DNA of 60,515 nucleotides, filler included, from Sphacelaria rigidula (GCA_964200075.2; 10 parts of 10 records of this genome joined end to end with filler, not necessarily neighbours in it), one strand, 5' to 3'. Shown: positions 24,846-36,537, counted from the whole stretch's first letter. The notes: generated by a model not told the origin, from the letters alone. Translations and numbers: made by a program.

Positions 24846-26493
24846 CGAAGCTGGAACGCCGCACGCCGGGTTTCCGCAGGACCAGGCACGCAATCACTCA
24901 CCAAGCGCGAAGCGCCGTGATGTGCTCGGCGAGTTGCATGAGGGGTGAGCTGTATCCTGCTATTAGTATTCGGCCCGAAGCCTACTGATTATCTTGCACA
25001 TGCATGACAGCCTCCAACGTGTTGCTTCATTTGCTGGTAGCGCCACTCGCAGAAAAAGCCATGGCTCACACACTGCCTCATGCGTGTCTCACCATGTCAA
25101 TACTACGTAGTATCATCATCCCTTTGCGCGGACTTGAGGCTCTCCCACCTCGCAAAAAATTGCCCAGCCCGATCATCATCCATCGTGGGTACCGAAAAAA
25201 AAACGCAAGCGCGTAACACAAAAGACGGTAAACTGGTTGCCTAGCTTACGCAGTGAGAGTGGCGTGTTTTACAGCGTCATCGCCAACTAACGCCGACCCC
25301 ATAGAGGGGTCCATCCCCACAAAGCCGGAACAAGGCACGCCGGGTCGTCGCCGGACTTGGCATTCAGGGGAGGGGGGCGGTGTGCTGAAGAATTCTTGTG
25401 CTCTTTGCTAGGACTAGATTGTACTGCATCTGGTAGCCTCTCGAAAACATTCAAATTCGAGCTCGTATCACTTTGAATGCACGTACAGTACGCACGGGAT
25501 GCGGCCACGGGTCCAAGTGTACCCCATAGGCAACTTTCGATCATGGGTGACTTGACATCTACAAGAGTATACTCTAGAGCAATGCTACGGTACGGGTTGC
25601 ACATTTTTTCAACGAAAACGTTTCTCGGCGCTGCTCGGGGTGTTGGACGGATCATTTTGAGAATCGGCATCATTTTCACTTGATGAAAAAGACTGAAAAT
25701 GATGCCGACTCACGAAAAAGCCCCTGCGTGCAAACACCATGTTTCGGGGAGTCCGGTCCCCGGAGATGTGGGTTGCACGGTAAGCCCCATACATTTGGGC
25801 TCCTACAAAAAAGAGACCCAGAAACAAAAAGTGCAACACCTACTACCGTGGCATTGCTCTCGAGGGGAGACGGGGTGTTGACATATCAAGCGATGTGGAC
25901 GATACATGCAGGGACGCCCTAAAAGCACATCATGGTCGCAAAGGGAATGAAATAAAGAACAAGAGGACTTACCCGTACTGTACACGCCGCAGGGTACCAG
26001 TTTTCAGTTCCCCCACCACATTCGCGGCCCAAGTCGGCACCGCTTAACTTCAGCGCGAAGACGCTCTGTAATATAGACTACTGTTATGCGGCGTCGCAGA
26101 GTTTTATAGGGCCAACTACTCCCAGTTATACACATGGAAAGAGGACGCGTGGATATTGTTTCATGCGCATTTCCTGAGCGAGTGTTGAAAGTCGAGTTAT
26201 ACTGCAAACAATCGCTGAACCTCGGTAAATGGAGGAAGGTGCACGAAGGTGGTGGTTGTTCATCTTGATTGAAATGTCCGATTATCCTCCACCGCATTTG
26301 CAGCCTCGGTCGGCGCCGCTGAAGTTCTCGCATGCCGCTCGCATGCAAAGGGGCAAATACCGTCCTGTGCTGCACGCATCGCAACACCAGCAAGGCGTGC
26401 CACCGCTCAATGCGGGATGGACGGGTGAGCAGGAGAGAAAAAAAGTTTCGATACACCTCTCGATTTATGCGTGTCATCCTTACTCCAGGGGCC

Positions 26494-26524
<31 letters not shown>

Positions 26525-27277
26525 TACGGATGACGACTTTCGTCGTTCCGTCCGTTGCCCGCGGAAATCCGCATATAAACCAGTGACTGTGTTATTGTTG
26601 TTCTTCTCTCGTTTTCCAGTGTCTGCGCAGTGCTTCTCCTTTCGTGCTGGGCATCTGATGCCGAAGCCTTCCGCGGTCACAGGCTAACCACCCAAAAAAA
26701 GTATGAGGAAAATCAAGGTCAGATTTTGAAAAAATAAGTAGGACTCAGGAAAAAATCACACAACGCGATACAAATACAAAGAAAAAAAAAACTTCTGCTA
26801 ATATCGTTAGATCCGGTGTCACAGGCGGGTACACCACGTACAGTTTTACTGCTGCCTGCATTTCAAGTTAGCAGCGAATTACCCTTCAAGGTGAATGTGG
26901 CCACCTGATGATGGTGCTGCCCGTACAGTACTCGAATACGGGTATGATCTTTATGAGTGACGCCACATTACTCAAATTCTGGACCAGCCTTTTCGTCAAC
27001 GGTGGGAAAGCGCACCCAACACACAAAATGGGAACACTTTGGAGATGAAGTTGGCGCTCGATAATTAGTCGGTTGATAGGGGTCAGCAAGATTTCAGAAC
27101 TGAATGGGAATAATCGCTGAAGGAACCTTCCCTGAAGAGGAAATACAGAGGAGGGGAACAAAAAACACGGAAGATTTCACTTGTTTGCTGCTCGGTGATG
27201 ACATTTTCAACCTCGACTTCCCAGTGGTGATTTCAGCTTTGGCGAAGTCACCTGTGTAATCCCCGAGGGCTCATTAA

Positions 27278-27346
<69 letters not shown>

Positions 27347-27383
27347 CACTACTTGATGATTATCAATGTTATTGTTCTTGTTC

Positions 27384-27435
<52 letters not shown>
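27278..27435. repeat. (TAC)n and (TTG)n microsatellites at a SINE tail
   Basis: Long trinucleotide runs next to the 3' end of the minus-strand SINE. Confidence 0.9.
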
Positions 27436-27774
27436 CGTCCCATTTATTGTGGGCACCTCTACAACTTTCGGTGTATGTGGGTGCATCAGCCGGGGTCACA
27501 CAGGAGGAAGGTCAACACAGGAGCTTTTTTATTTGTTTTTAATACCTCACCTTCCTTCTGCGGTGCTTGCCTTTTGATTTTTATCGCGATGGGGCTTCAG
27601 CTATCCCTTTTCCTCGTCGACCGTTGAGTCGCATTTTGTGTACCCACGACATAGTCCCTCTACACTGTTGAGCATGGTGTGAGAAAAGATTCCAGATCGC
27701 TCCGGGAATCGAACCCCCCAACTCAACCATCAGAAGGTTACGAGGTTACCAACTGAGCCACCGGGGCGACCGGC
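27370..27774 (-). mobile_element. tRNA-derived SINE, family A
   Basis: Head GCCGGTCGCCCCGGTGGCTCAGTTGG (A box)...GGTTCGATTCC (B box); body colinear with 29544-29903; (CAA)n tail. Confidence 0.82.
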
Positions 27775-29182
27775 TTGTTATGATTATGATTATTTTGATT
27801 ATGATTGATATGATTATTATTATCAATATGATCATTCAGTACCATTATATTCGTGAATTAGCCCGATCCCTCGGACCCGTGGTCACACGGATACGTATTG
27901 GATTTCGATTTCACTTTGTCCGAGGGCCCTAACATCCTGAGCTTGCTTCTTCGAGTGCTGTAACCAAAGCTTTTCCCACAACTAGAACATTTTCGGTGGC
28001 AAGATCAACCCCTCAAAACCTGACTGTGAGCCACGTACAAGTAGAACGTCCGTGCGAGGTGGTCGTTAGCAGATGTGTTAGACGTCACCAGAAATCCTCA
28101 CGAGCAGTACTTGTGGAAAATACTGATCACCTGATTGTCGTCACTGTATGCGATCCGTCCCCCCCTCTCGCGGTTAGGAACAAACACACATACACAAAAC
28201 AAGGATAACTTTGAGCAATGAACGCGCAAAAAACAAAGCCAACCGCGTTACCACACACACACACACACACACCTTGATGGTGGGTGAGAGTTCCTGCCCG
28301 GAGAGATTTCGAGCGTTGAATTATTGCCGCAATGCCGACTACGCGAAATTCCACGATCCGTGTTCAGTGTCTGGAGGAGTAATATGTTTTTGTCGGGCTG
28401 TCGCCGGGTTCTTTTTTCTCCAAGACTCAGCAAGAAGACCCCCAAAATATTGGTGATACCTCCCAACCTGATTCCGCGGCCCTCTGTGTTTTGTTTTGTC
28501 TTGCCTTGCCCTGCCTTGTCTTTGTTTTTGTGCGCCCTCCTTGCCGAAAGCCATGCGGCGGGGGAGTTGGCGTCGTCGTTTACTTCGCTCTTGTTTTCAC
28601 GTGACTGTTATGTTTTTATTCTCTCTCCTGTCTTCTCTATATTGGAGAGTTTCGGAAAATGATTTCTTTGTTAATTCTGAGTGCAAATATCTCAATATCA
28701 AAGTGCAGAATGGAATAAAAAGACCTCATCGAAAAAAGTTGAGGGCATACCACATTTGACGGAGGGGGGAATATTTTTTCGCTACATTCTGATCTTGAGA
28801 TTTGCACTCAGAAAGAGCAAAAAAGCTTTTTCCGAAACTCTCCAAGAGTACGAGTATTGTCTTTTTGTCGAGTTTCCTCACATCAGCAAGGACTCGGTTT
28901 ATTTACTTCGGGTACGCCTAGCTCGGATTACTCGCCGATAAGTCAACATACGATAGTCGATCTGTTATTTCCAGGTCGTGTTCCGTAGGGTACGGGTGTG
29001 TTCGGTAGGGTATGAAAAATTCTCACAGAACTTTCAGAACTGTCGGGTACCGAAAAATGTGGAAGTCTTGAAGAACTGACAGAACCTACAGGATACGGTA
29101 TGGATGTTGTACAGAAACCCTCACCCGCAACCGGGGGATTCTACATGGGTATACCCGTTCCCCAGGTAAGGGTTAACATTTC

Positions 29183-29437
29183 ACACATCGGACAGATCAC
29201 AAGCTACATAAAATAACCGATCGAAGAGAACGCTCAGATACCTTGTCCAAGAACACACAATGCGTGACAGCGGGGTCAGAGAAGTCAAAGGGCTGCCTTT
29301 GCGCTACTTCGCGTGCTCGGCGTCCAGCGCTGTGGGGAGCAATTATGGGAAGAGGGGACAAATGAGCTAGCTCATGATCTGGATCACTACCCCGATAAAA
29401 AGTAATAATAACGTGGCTCATGAGCTGTCCGATGTGT
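29183..29437. mobile_element. MITE-like element with ACACATCGGACAG termini
   Basis: ACACATCGGACAGATCA...TGAGCTGTCCGATGTGT inverted ends; similar to the CACACGTCGGA ends in contig 9; no TSD seen. Confidence 0.55.
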
Positions 29438-29543
29438 CACTTGAGAACAGTACAAGAGAAATGATGACACATCATATTTCGGGGAGACTCATTCCACATG
29501 CATTGTGCGGAATCTTGTCCTGGATATTGGTTTTTCATTAGTG

Positions 29544-29903
29544 GCCGGTCGCCCCGGTGGCTCAGTTGGTAACCTCGAAACCTTCTGACGGTTGGGTCGT
29601 GGGTTCGAATCTTGAAGCGATCTGGGATTTTTTCTCACACCATGCCCAACAATACAGAGCAACTATTTCGTGGGTACACTGAATTCGACTGAAAGGTCGA
29701 CGAAGGGAAGGGAGTGCTGGACCCCTCTCGCGATGACAAATAAAGGCAAGCACCGCAGAAGGAAGGTGGAGTACTAGAAACAAATAAAAAAAGGAAGACC
29801 TCCCGTGTTGACCTTCCTCCTGTGTGACCCCGGCTGATGCGCCCACATATACCGAAAGGTGTAGACCGGCGTCCAGAATAGATGGGACCACAACACACCA
29901 CAA
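29544..29903 (+). mobile_element. tRNA-derived SINE, family A, full length
   Basis: A box TGGCTCAGTTGG, B box GGTTCGAATC, CA-rich tail, 8-bp TSD CATTAGTG (29536-29543, 29904-29911). Confidence 0.88.
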
Positions 29904-30156
29904 CATTAGTGACAGCGGGGATGGGAGTCTTGTGCCCATCGCTCCTCCCTGAGAGTCGGTCGCAATGTTCCTCTGTGGTTCTTGTCTCTAATCTGTCCTA
30001 CCTACTACACACTCCCACAGCACAGCACACCGCATCATGTCAATTCGACCACTCTGGTAATCCCTTCAGTTTCTTACTTGTGACCTGGTCTGCGTCTCCC
30101 AGTAGACATGTAAGCACCCATGCAGGACAGCGACACGTATTTATATTTGCTAGAGT

Positions 30157-30210
30157 GTGGCTCAGTTGGTAACCTCGAAGCCTTTTGACGGTTGGGTCGT
30201 GGGTTCAATT
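30157..30210 (+). repeat. SINE family A head, truncated at the contig end
   Basis: GTGGCTCAGTTGGTAACCTCGAAGCCTTTTGACGGTTGGGTCGTGGGTTC. Confidence 0.8.
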
Positions 30211-30310
30211 NNNNNNNNNNNNNNNNNNNNNNNNNNNNNNNNNNNNNNNNNNNNTTAATTAATTAANNNNNNNNNNNNNNNNNNNNNNNNNNNNNNNNNN
30301 NNNNNNNNNN
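30211..30310. other. Artificial contig spacer
   Basis: 44 N + TTAATTAATTAA + 44 N. Confidence 0.99.
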
Positions 30311-32558
30311 CCCGGCTCGAGAGCCGGTTGCACAGGCCGGAGAGCAGGTTCAGGTCGATCTTGACGGCATCGATCGCGAACCGCGGCAGACGATCGAGGT
30401 TGGCATAGTCGGAGCCGAATCGGTCGAGCGTCACGGCCATGCCCATGGCTCGGTAGGTGTCGAACACCTGCCGCAGCACGATGCCGTCGCTCCGCAGGAC
30501 CGCTTCGGGCACTTCGATCCGGAAGTTGCTCGGTCGGAGCTTGTGACGCTCCAACTCACCGGTGATGAGTTGGCGGGAGCGGCTCGACAGGAACATCTCG
30601 GTGGTGAGGTTGATCGCCATCTCGAGGTCCTGCACCGGCAGGCCGGCTTCGGACCATTCGGCGAACGTGGAGATCGACTTTGCGATCACCCATTCGTCGA
30701 TCTGGCCGGACGTGCCGGTGGCCTTCGCCATCGGCATGAACTCGGCGGGGGCCAGCAGGCCCCGTTCGGGGTGACTCCAGCGAACGGTCGATTCCATGCC
30801 TCGTAGGGAGCCGTCGCGGAGGTCGGCGATCGGCCAGAGCAACAGCTCGAGTTGTCCGTTCGCGGTTGCCTCACGGAGCTCGTTGAGGATCGTGAGATGG
30901 TCGGCGTTGGCCTCGAGTGTCTCGTTCGTGACTCGGACCGCTCGTCCCTTGCCCATCGCCTTCGCCCGATACATGGCGATGTCGGCTTCCTTGATGAGTC
31001 GTTCGGTCGAACGGTCGTCTGACGCAGAGGACACACCGATCGACGCCGAGATCTGGGCCTCGTCGTTGCTGACGATGAAGGGAAGCTCGAGCGCCGAGAC
31101 GATGCGCTCGGCCATGCGTTCGGCTTCGAGCAGACCGAGTCCACGCAGGACGACCACGAACTCGTCTCCGCCGAGGCGAGCGACGAAGTCGTTGGGCCGC
31201 AGGACACCACGGAGTCGGTCGCCGACTCGGACGAGGAGTTCGTCGCCTGCGCCGTGGCCGAGCCGGTCGTTGACCGCCTTGAAGCCATCGAGGTCGACGA
31301 ACAGCACGCTGACGAGGTCCTCGGACTCGACCATGAGTCGGTCCAGTTCCTCCACCAGTTGCTGGCGGTTGGGCAGGCCGGTGAGCGCGTCGTGGGTCGC
31401 CTGGTAGGCCAGTTGGGCTTCGACCCGTTCACGGCGGGCGATGTCTTGCGCCAGGGCTTCGGTCATGTCGTCGAACGCCATCGACAGGCGGCCCAGTTCG
31501 TCGAAACGCTCGTCGCCGGTCCTCACGGTGAGATCACCGTCGGCGACCGCCTCGGCCAGGGCGGTCATCCGCGCCAGGCGTTGGACGAACGATCGCAGCA
31601 GCACGGCGATCACCGAGATGATCACCAGACCGGCCGAGATGAACACCCCGATGATGCCGAGCTGGACCTGGTCGAGCTTGGCGAACAGCTTGCTCGGATC
31701 GGCATCGATGACGACGACCCACCCGAGCACCTTCGTGCGGGCAGCGGCCCGAACGACATCGGTCCCGTCGGGCTTCTGGGTTTCTTCGATCTGGGGATCT
31801 CCGGCGACCGGGTTCGCCGTGAGGGTCTCCGACTGGCCGATGTCGGCCGCGTCGTCGGCCAAGAGCACCGTCTGGGTGCCGTTGGGATTGGAGACGAGCA
31901 GCATGCGCTCGGCTTCCTGGTCGAACGCATCGATCCCGTTGCCGTCGTCGAGCAGTGGTTCGAGCTCCCACTCCGAGATCAGCTTGAAACTGGTCTGGCC
32001 CTGGATGATCGGCACGATGATGGCGACGCGGTACTTGCGGGTGGCGTCGAGGAACGGAGCCGAGATGTAGACCTGATTCGGCTCCACCGGCTCGGCTGCG
32101 GCTGCCAGTGTCTGGGCGGAGATGGTGTTCGTCGCCGACTTGGCCGGCTCGAATCGTGCCTGCGATGTCAGCATCAGTTCGATGCCGCGGTTGCCGTCGA
32201 CACCCGTCTGGTCGCGAAGTTCATCGAGGCGGGCTCGGATGGCGGCGACCGCCTCGTCCCGGCCGGCGCCCTCGGTCGCCTGGACCAGCTGGACCATTCC
32301 CTGGTCCTTGGCACTGCCGAGCAGGACATTTCCGGCCCGTTGCAGCTGAGAATCGACCCGGTTGGCCTCGACTTCGGCCGCCAGTTCGACGGCCTTGAGC
32401 GTCTCGTCTTTGACCATGTTGCCGGCGATAGTCGCCACCTGGATCCCGAGGATGACCAGGGGAAGACACGAGGCGAGCATCGCCAAGGTCACCTTTTGAC
32501 CGAGGCGCAGATGATGCACGAATTGGAATGGTCCGCCGGACCCGAGCTCAGAACTCAC
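30311..32558 (-). CDS. Membrane-anchored HAMP-GGDEF-EAL protein (likely diguanylate cyclase with degenerate EAL), 3' end cut by the contig end
   Basis: Two TM segments around an extracellular sensor-like region; HAMP (DELGRLSMAFDDM); HDALTGLPNR, DLDGFKAVND, RPND-x5-GGDEF; EAL motifs altered to EST and DRFGSDY. Confidence 0.93.
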
Positions 32559-32633
32559 CCTCGTCCATCGGCACTCGGACCAGGCGCGAAAGCTTTTTCG
32601 ACAGAATCCGAATACTGGCCACCGGCCAACCGA

Positions 32634-33425
32634 CTAGCTGCGGTGGATGTCGCCCTCGGTGTCGCGCAGGGAGGGAGCAAGGCGGCCCGCCCGTTTGGCG
32701 ATGATCTCGCCACAGATCGAGATGGCGGTCTCCTCGGGCGTGCGAGCACCGAGATCGAGACCGATCGGCGCCATGATGCGCTCGATCTGCTCGTCGGTCA
32801 CGCCTTCGGCTCGGAGTCGAGCGTTGCGGTCGTCGGTGGTTCGGCGAGAACCCATGGCTCCGAGGTAGCCGACGTCGGTCTTCAACGCCTCGATGACGGC
32901 GGGGACGTCGAACTTGGCATCGTGGGTGAGGACACAGACGGCGTCTCGTTGGCCGAGGGTGGGGCCGACCTTCTCGAGGAGGCGGTGGGGCCAGTCGACG
33001 ATCACTTCGTCGGCATGGGGGAATCGCTGCCTGGTGGCGAACACCGCCCGGGCGTCGCAGACCGTGACCCGGTAGCCGAGAACCTTGGCCACTCGACACA
33101 ACGAGGCCGTGAAGTCGACGGCGCCGAAGATGAGCATGTGGGGCGGCGGAGCGAAGCTCTCGATGAAGACCGAGACGGCCTCTTCCCTGGCCTCGCCTCG
33201 TTCGCCGTAGTGACGGATTCCCGACGTTCCGGCGGCGAGTTCGCCGAGGAGATCACGGGTGACCACCCGATCGAGGTCGTCGTTGCCGAGCGAACCCATC
33301 GGATCTCCGGCGGGACGAATCAGGATCTTGTTGCCGACACCGGCACCGGCGACGACCGTGGCGAGCGCAATGGGTTCTTCGTCGGCGATCGCCGCACGGA
33401 GCTCGTCGTAGAGCACGGTGCTCAC
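32634..33425 (-). CDS. xdhC: XdhC/CoxI-family molybdenum-hydroxylase maturation factor (C-terminal Rossmann-containing part)
   Basis: LIFGAVDF, CVLTHDAKFD, YLGAMGSRR, PIGLDLGARTPEETAISI; GTG start overlaps the upstream stop (GTGA). Confidence 0.9.
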   Translation of the reverse strand: MSTVLYDELRAAIADEEPIALATVVAGAGVGNKILIRPAGDPMGSLGNDDLDRVVTRDLLGELAAGTSGIRHYGERGEAREEAVSVFIESFAPPPHMLIFGAVDFTASLCRVAKVLGYRVTVCDARAVFATRQRFPHADEVIVDWPHRLLEKVGPTLGQRDAVCVLTHDAKFDVPAVIEALKTDVGYLGAMGSRRTTDDRNARLRAEGVTDEQIERIMAPIGLDLGARTPEETAISICGEIIAKRAGRLAPSLRDTEGDIHRS

Positions 33426-33736
33426 CAATCCAGTTCTTCGATGAACAGGTGGATCGTGCCACCGCAGGTCAGGCCGACCGCGAAGGCTTCGTCGTCGGAG
33501 TACCCGAACGTGACGATCCGGCGAGATCCGTCTTCGAGCGACTGGAGCGCCTCGACGACGACCGCCCCCTCGACACATCCGCCACTGACCGAACCGGCGA
33601 CGTCACCGTCTTCGTTGACCGCCATGGCGGCACCGGGCAGACGGGGGCCGGAGCCCTCGATGTCGACGACACGGGCGACCGCGACGCGTTTTCCCTGCTT
33701 CTTCCACCGATCGAGGTCGGTGAGGATCTCTCGCAT
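33422..33736 (-). CDS. xdhC: Stand-alone XdhC/CoxI N-terminal domain protein (104 aa)
   Basis: GSGPRLPGAAM, GSVSGGCVE, GLTCGGTI motifs. Confidence 0.9.
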   Translation of the reverse strand: MREILTDLDRWKKQGKRVAVARVVDIEGSGPRLPGAAMAVNEDGDVAGSVSGGCVEGAVVVEALQSLEDGSRRIVTFGYSDDEAFAVGLTCGGTIHLFIEELDW

Positions 33737-33793
33737 GGGTTCAGGCTACTCGCAGGCCGTCCTCGGCACCCGTTGCGGGCGCCGAGGACCGAC

Positions 33794-34624
33794 TCAGGCG
33801 ATACCTGCGGTGGTCAGTGCCCGGCGGGTGAGAACCCGAGCCAGGTGCTGACGGTATTCGACGCTGGCGTTGAGGTCGGGCGACGGCTCGAGGCCTTCGG
33901 CTGCGAGCTCGGCAGCTTCGGCGGCGGTTGCGCCCCCGGCCAGTGCGGTCTCGACGGCCGTTGCCCGGATGGGCGTCGGGTGCATGCTGACGAGCGCGAC
34001 CTTGGCGCCGTCGTCGGTGCGCTGCGCCGAGACACCGACGATCGCCCAGTCTTGGGCCCGTCGGTTGAACTTCTCGAATCCCCAGCCGGCGCCGGCCTGC
34101 TTGGGAATGCGGATCTCGGTGATCATCTCGGTCGGATCGAGACTCGACTCGAGGAACCCGGCGAACAGGTCGCCGGCGTCGATGACTCGTTCGCCACCGG
34201 ACTGGCTGCGAGCGACGACGGAACCGCCGAGGGCCAACAGTGCCGAGGGGTGATCGCCCGATGCGTCGGCGTGGGCCAACGAACCGCCGAGGGTGCCGCG
34301 ATGGCGGACCTGCGGATCACCGACGTGGCTGGTGGCGTGGGCCAGGAGCGGGGCGTGCTGGAGCACGAGGTCGCTGATCTCGACGTCGCGGTGCCGGGTG
34401 AGGGCGCCGATGGCGAGATGATCGCCGGCGTCTTTGACGTACGACAGGTCGGTGAGCCGACCGATGTCGACCAAGACCGACGGGTAGGCCAGTCGGAGCT
34501 TCATGATCGGCAGCAACGAGTGGCCACCGGCGAGCAGCTTGGCTTCGTCGCCGTGCTCGGCGAGCAACGCAAGGGCTTCGTCGGCTGATCCGGCCCGCTC
34601 GTAGTCGAAGGCGACAGGAATCAT
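33794..34624 (-). CDS. coxM: FAD-binding medium subunit of a CO dehydrogenase/xanthine dehydrogenase-family enzyme (CoxM/CutM-like)
   Basis: MIPVAFDY start (ATGA overlap with coxS), [26 protein letters not shown]. Confidence 0.92.
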   Translation of the reverse strand: MIPVAFDYERAGSADEALALLAEHGDEAKLLAGGHSLLPIMKLRLAYPSVLVDIGRLTDLSYVKDAGDHLAIGALTRHRDVEISDLVLQHAPLLAHATSHVGDPQVRHRGTLGGSLAHADASGDHPSALLALGGSVVARSQSGGERVIDAGDLFAGFLESSLDPTEMITEIRIPKQAGAGWGFEKFNRRAQDWAIVGVSAQRTDDGAKVALVSMHPTPIRATAVETALAGGATAAEAAELAAEGLEPSPDLNASVEYRQHLARVLTRRALTTAGIA

Positions 34625-35082
34625 TTCTCGCCTCCGGCTGCAGTGAGGACGGCCTTCACGATGTTGTGGTAGCCGGTGCAACGACAGAGGTTGCCTTCGA
34701 GTCCTTCACGGACCTGCGTCTCGGTCGGGTTCGGCACCTCTTCGAGCAGGGAGACCGAGGCCATCACCATGCCGGGGGTGCAGTACCCGCACTGCAAGCC
34801 ATGGCATTCCATGAATGCCTGCTGCATCGGATGCAGTTCCTCGCCGTCGGCGAGGCCTTCGATCGTCTTGACCGCTTGACCATCGGCCTGCACGGCAAGC
34901 ACCGTGCACGACTTCACTGCTTCACCGTTGAGGTGAAGTGTGCAGGCGCCGCACGAGGACGTGTCGCACCCGATGTTGGTGCCGGTCAGACCGACGACGT
35001 CTCGGATGTAGTGCACGAGCAGCGTGCGCGGTTCGACGTCACTGGTGTGACTCGTTCCGTTGACCTCCACCGTTATCTCCAC
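34621..35082 (-). CDS. coxS: [2Fe-2S] small subunit (CoxS/CutS-like)
   Basis: [10 protein letters not shown]...C and QCGYCTPG...[11 protein letters not shown] start at 35082 preceded by a G-rich RBS-like run. The longer ORF-track start overlaps the OmpA gene. Confidence 0.93.
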   Translation of the reverse strand: MEITVEVNGTSHTSDVEPRTLLVHYIRDVVGLTGTNIGCDTSSCGACTLHLNGEAVKSCTVLAVQADGQAVKTIEGLADGEELHPMQQAFMECHGLQCGYCTPGMVMASVSLLEEVPNPTETQVREGLEGNLCRCTGYHNIVKAVLTAAGGEK

Positions 35083-35207
35083 GGCAACCCCCAGTAGGTT
35101 CGAGTTCGATGTACCGAGCGAGTGTGGCACGAAATCGCCACGTTTGCCCAAGTCGTCGCCAGCTTTGATTCCGCGACTTCTCGGCGTCGTTCGCCGTCGT
35201 ACCGGAT

Positions 35208-36218
35208 GTGGACAACGAGCAGAGCACCAGACCAGATCACGACGAACCTCCGGTGATCGGCAAGCGGCCCCCGGAACCCAAGCTCGTTCCCGACTGGCGG
35301 GTCCACGCCGACGACCAGATCGTGCTCGTCGGATTCGTCGCCCTCGCCGCCATTCTCGGCGCGTTGGGACTCCAGTTCGTTCTCGGCGGAGACTCCTCGA
35401 CCGACGCTGCGCTCGATCCGTCGAGCGAGAACTACGTGGTCGCCGACTCGGCTCAGGTCGACACCGACGCCCTCGCACAGGTCGGCGACGACTTCGACAT
35501 CGACACCCGCTCTGACGGTGGCCGCGCCGTTCTGACCGGTTTCGTCGCATCCGCCGCCGTGTCGGCCGAGGCCGAGCGATCGGCTCTGGCCGTGTCCGGC
35601 ATCGACGAGGTCGACAATCGCCTCCGGATCGCACCAGCCGACGGCGAACTGGCTTCAGCGGCAGAAGCCACCACGACGACCGTCGCCCCGAGCACGACCG
35701 CAGCACCGAACACGACCGCGGCACCGACGACGGTCGCACCGACCACCGAAGTCCCGACCACCACCACACCACCGACGACCGAAGCTCCGACCACCACCGC
35801 CCCGACCACCACCGCCCCGACCACCACCGCCTCGACCACCGAAGTGGCCCAGGCTTCGGTCGAGGAGACCACGGCCACGCTCGACGAGCTGGTCACGCTC
35901 ACACCCATCCAGTTCCAGACCTCGTCGGCGGAGTTGACCGCGGAGAGCCTGCTCGTGATCGACGAGGTCGCCGCCATCATGACGGCGACTGATCACTCCT
36001 TCGAGGTGCAGGGTTTCACCGACACCGACGGCAGCGCCGAGCGCAACGCCGCACTGAGCCAGCAGCGGGCCGACGCCGTACGCGAGCAGCTCGTCGCTCG
36101 GGGCATCGCTGCAGAGCGACTCACGTCCAACGGCTTCGGCGAGACCGAACAGTTCGGCGACGGCAACAGCGCCGAGGCGCTGGCGAAGAACCGCCGAGTG
36201 CAGTTCGTCGCCAGCTGA
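35208..36218 (+). CDS. TM-BON-(T/P-rich linker)-OmpA-like peptidoglycan-binding protein
   Basis: N-terminal hydrophobic helix; BON-like AVLTGFV...[17 protein letters not shown] repeats; OmpA C-terminal motif [20 protein letters not shown]...NRRVQF. Confidence 0.9.
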   Translation: MDNEQSTRPDHDEPPVIGKRPPEPKLVPDWRVHADDQIVLVGFVALAAILGALGLQFVLGGDSSTDAALDPSSENYVVADSAQVDTDALAQVGDDFDIDTRSDGGRAVLTGFVASAAVSAEAERSALAVSGIDEVDNRLRIAPADGELASAAEATTTTVAPSTTAAPNTTAAPTTVAPTTEVPTTTTPPTTEAPTTTAPTTTAPTTTASTTEVAQASVEETTATLDELVTLTPIQFQTSSAELTAESLLVIDEVAAIMTATDHSFEVQGFTDTDGSAERNAALSQQRADAVREQLVARGIAAERLTSNGFGETEQFGDGNSAEALAKNRRVQFVAS

Positions 36219-36271
36219 GGCGGGCGAAGGGCTGAATCAGCCCTCGGCCTTTTCGAGAATCCGATAGCTCT

Positions 36272-36371
36272 NNNNNNNNNNNNNNNNNNNNNNNNNNNNN
36301 NNNNNNNNNNNNNNNTTAATTAATTAANNNNNNNNNNNNNNNNNNNNNNNNNNNNNNNNNNNNNNNNNNNN
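36272..36371. other. Artificial contig spacer
   Basis: 44 N + TTAATTAATTAA + 44 N. Confidence 0.99.
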
Positions 36372-36537
36372 GATTCAGCAGGTGACCTACTCTCGCGGTC
36401 TAACGGGTAACTCCTGCTGCGGAGGTTTGGGAAGGAAGATACTTTCGCTCTGTCTTACTCTTTCGTATCTTCCCTGCAATGATGAAATAGGACTTCAACC
36501 TCATTTTTTGTTTCAACGTCAAAAATTAGGATCGGCT
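36372..36537. repeat. Composite repeat (partial piggyBac-like MITE + extension)
   Basis: Near-identical inverted copy of about 42090-42254. Confidence 0.85.

Noticed and set aside
29550..29620. tRNA gene
   Set aside because: A and B boxes are present, but there is no clean cloverleaf and the head is attached to a repeated SINE body with a TSD; the same applies near 27700, 30160 and 56275.
31254..33851. 865-aa plus-strand ORF and 33449-34588
   Set aside because: High-GC antisense shadows of well-supported minus-strand genes.
33794..35082. Calling the locus a functional aerobic CO dehydrogenase
   Set aside because: The diagnostic large subunit is absent, so the substrate cannot be assigned.
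35083..35772. N-terminal extension of the CoxS ORF
   Set aside because: Overlaps the OmpA-like gene; CoxS similarity starts at the GTG at 35082.
36228..36245. Intrinsic terminator after the OmpA-like gene
   Set aside because: The AGGGCTGA/TCAGCCCT stem has almost no loop and overlaps what may be the stop codon of a convergent gene cut by the contig end; not supportable.
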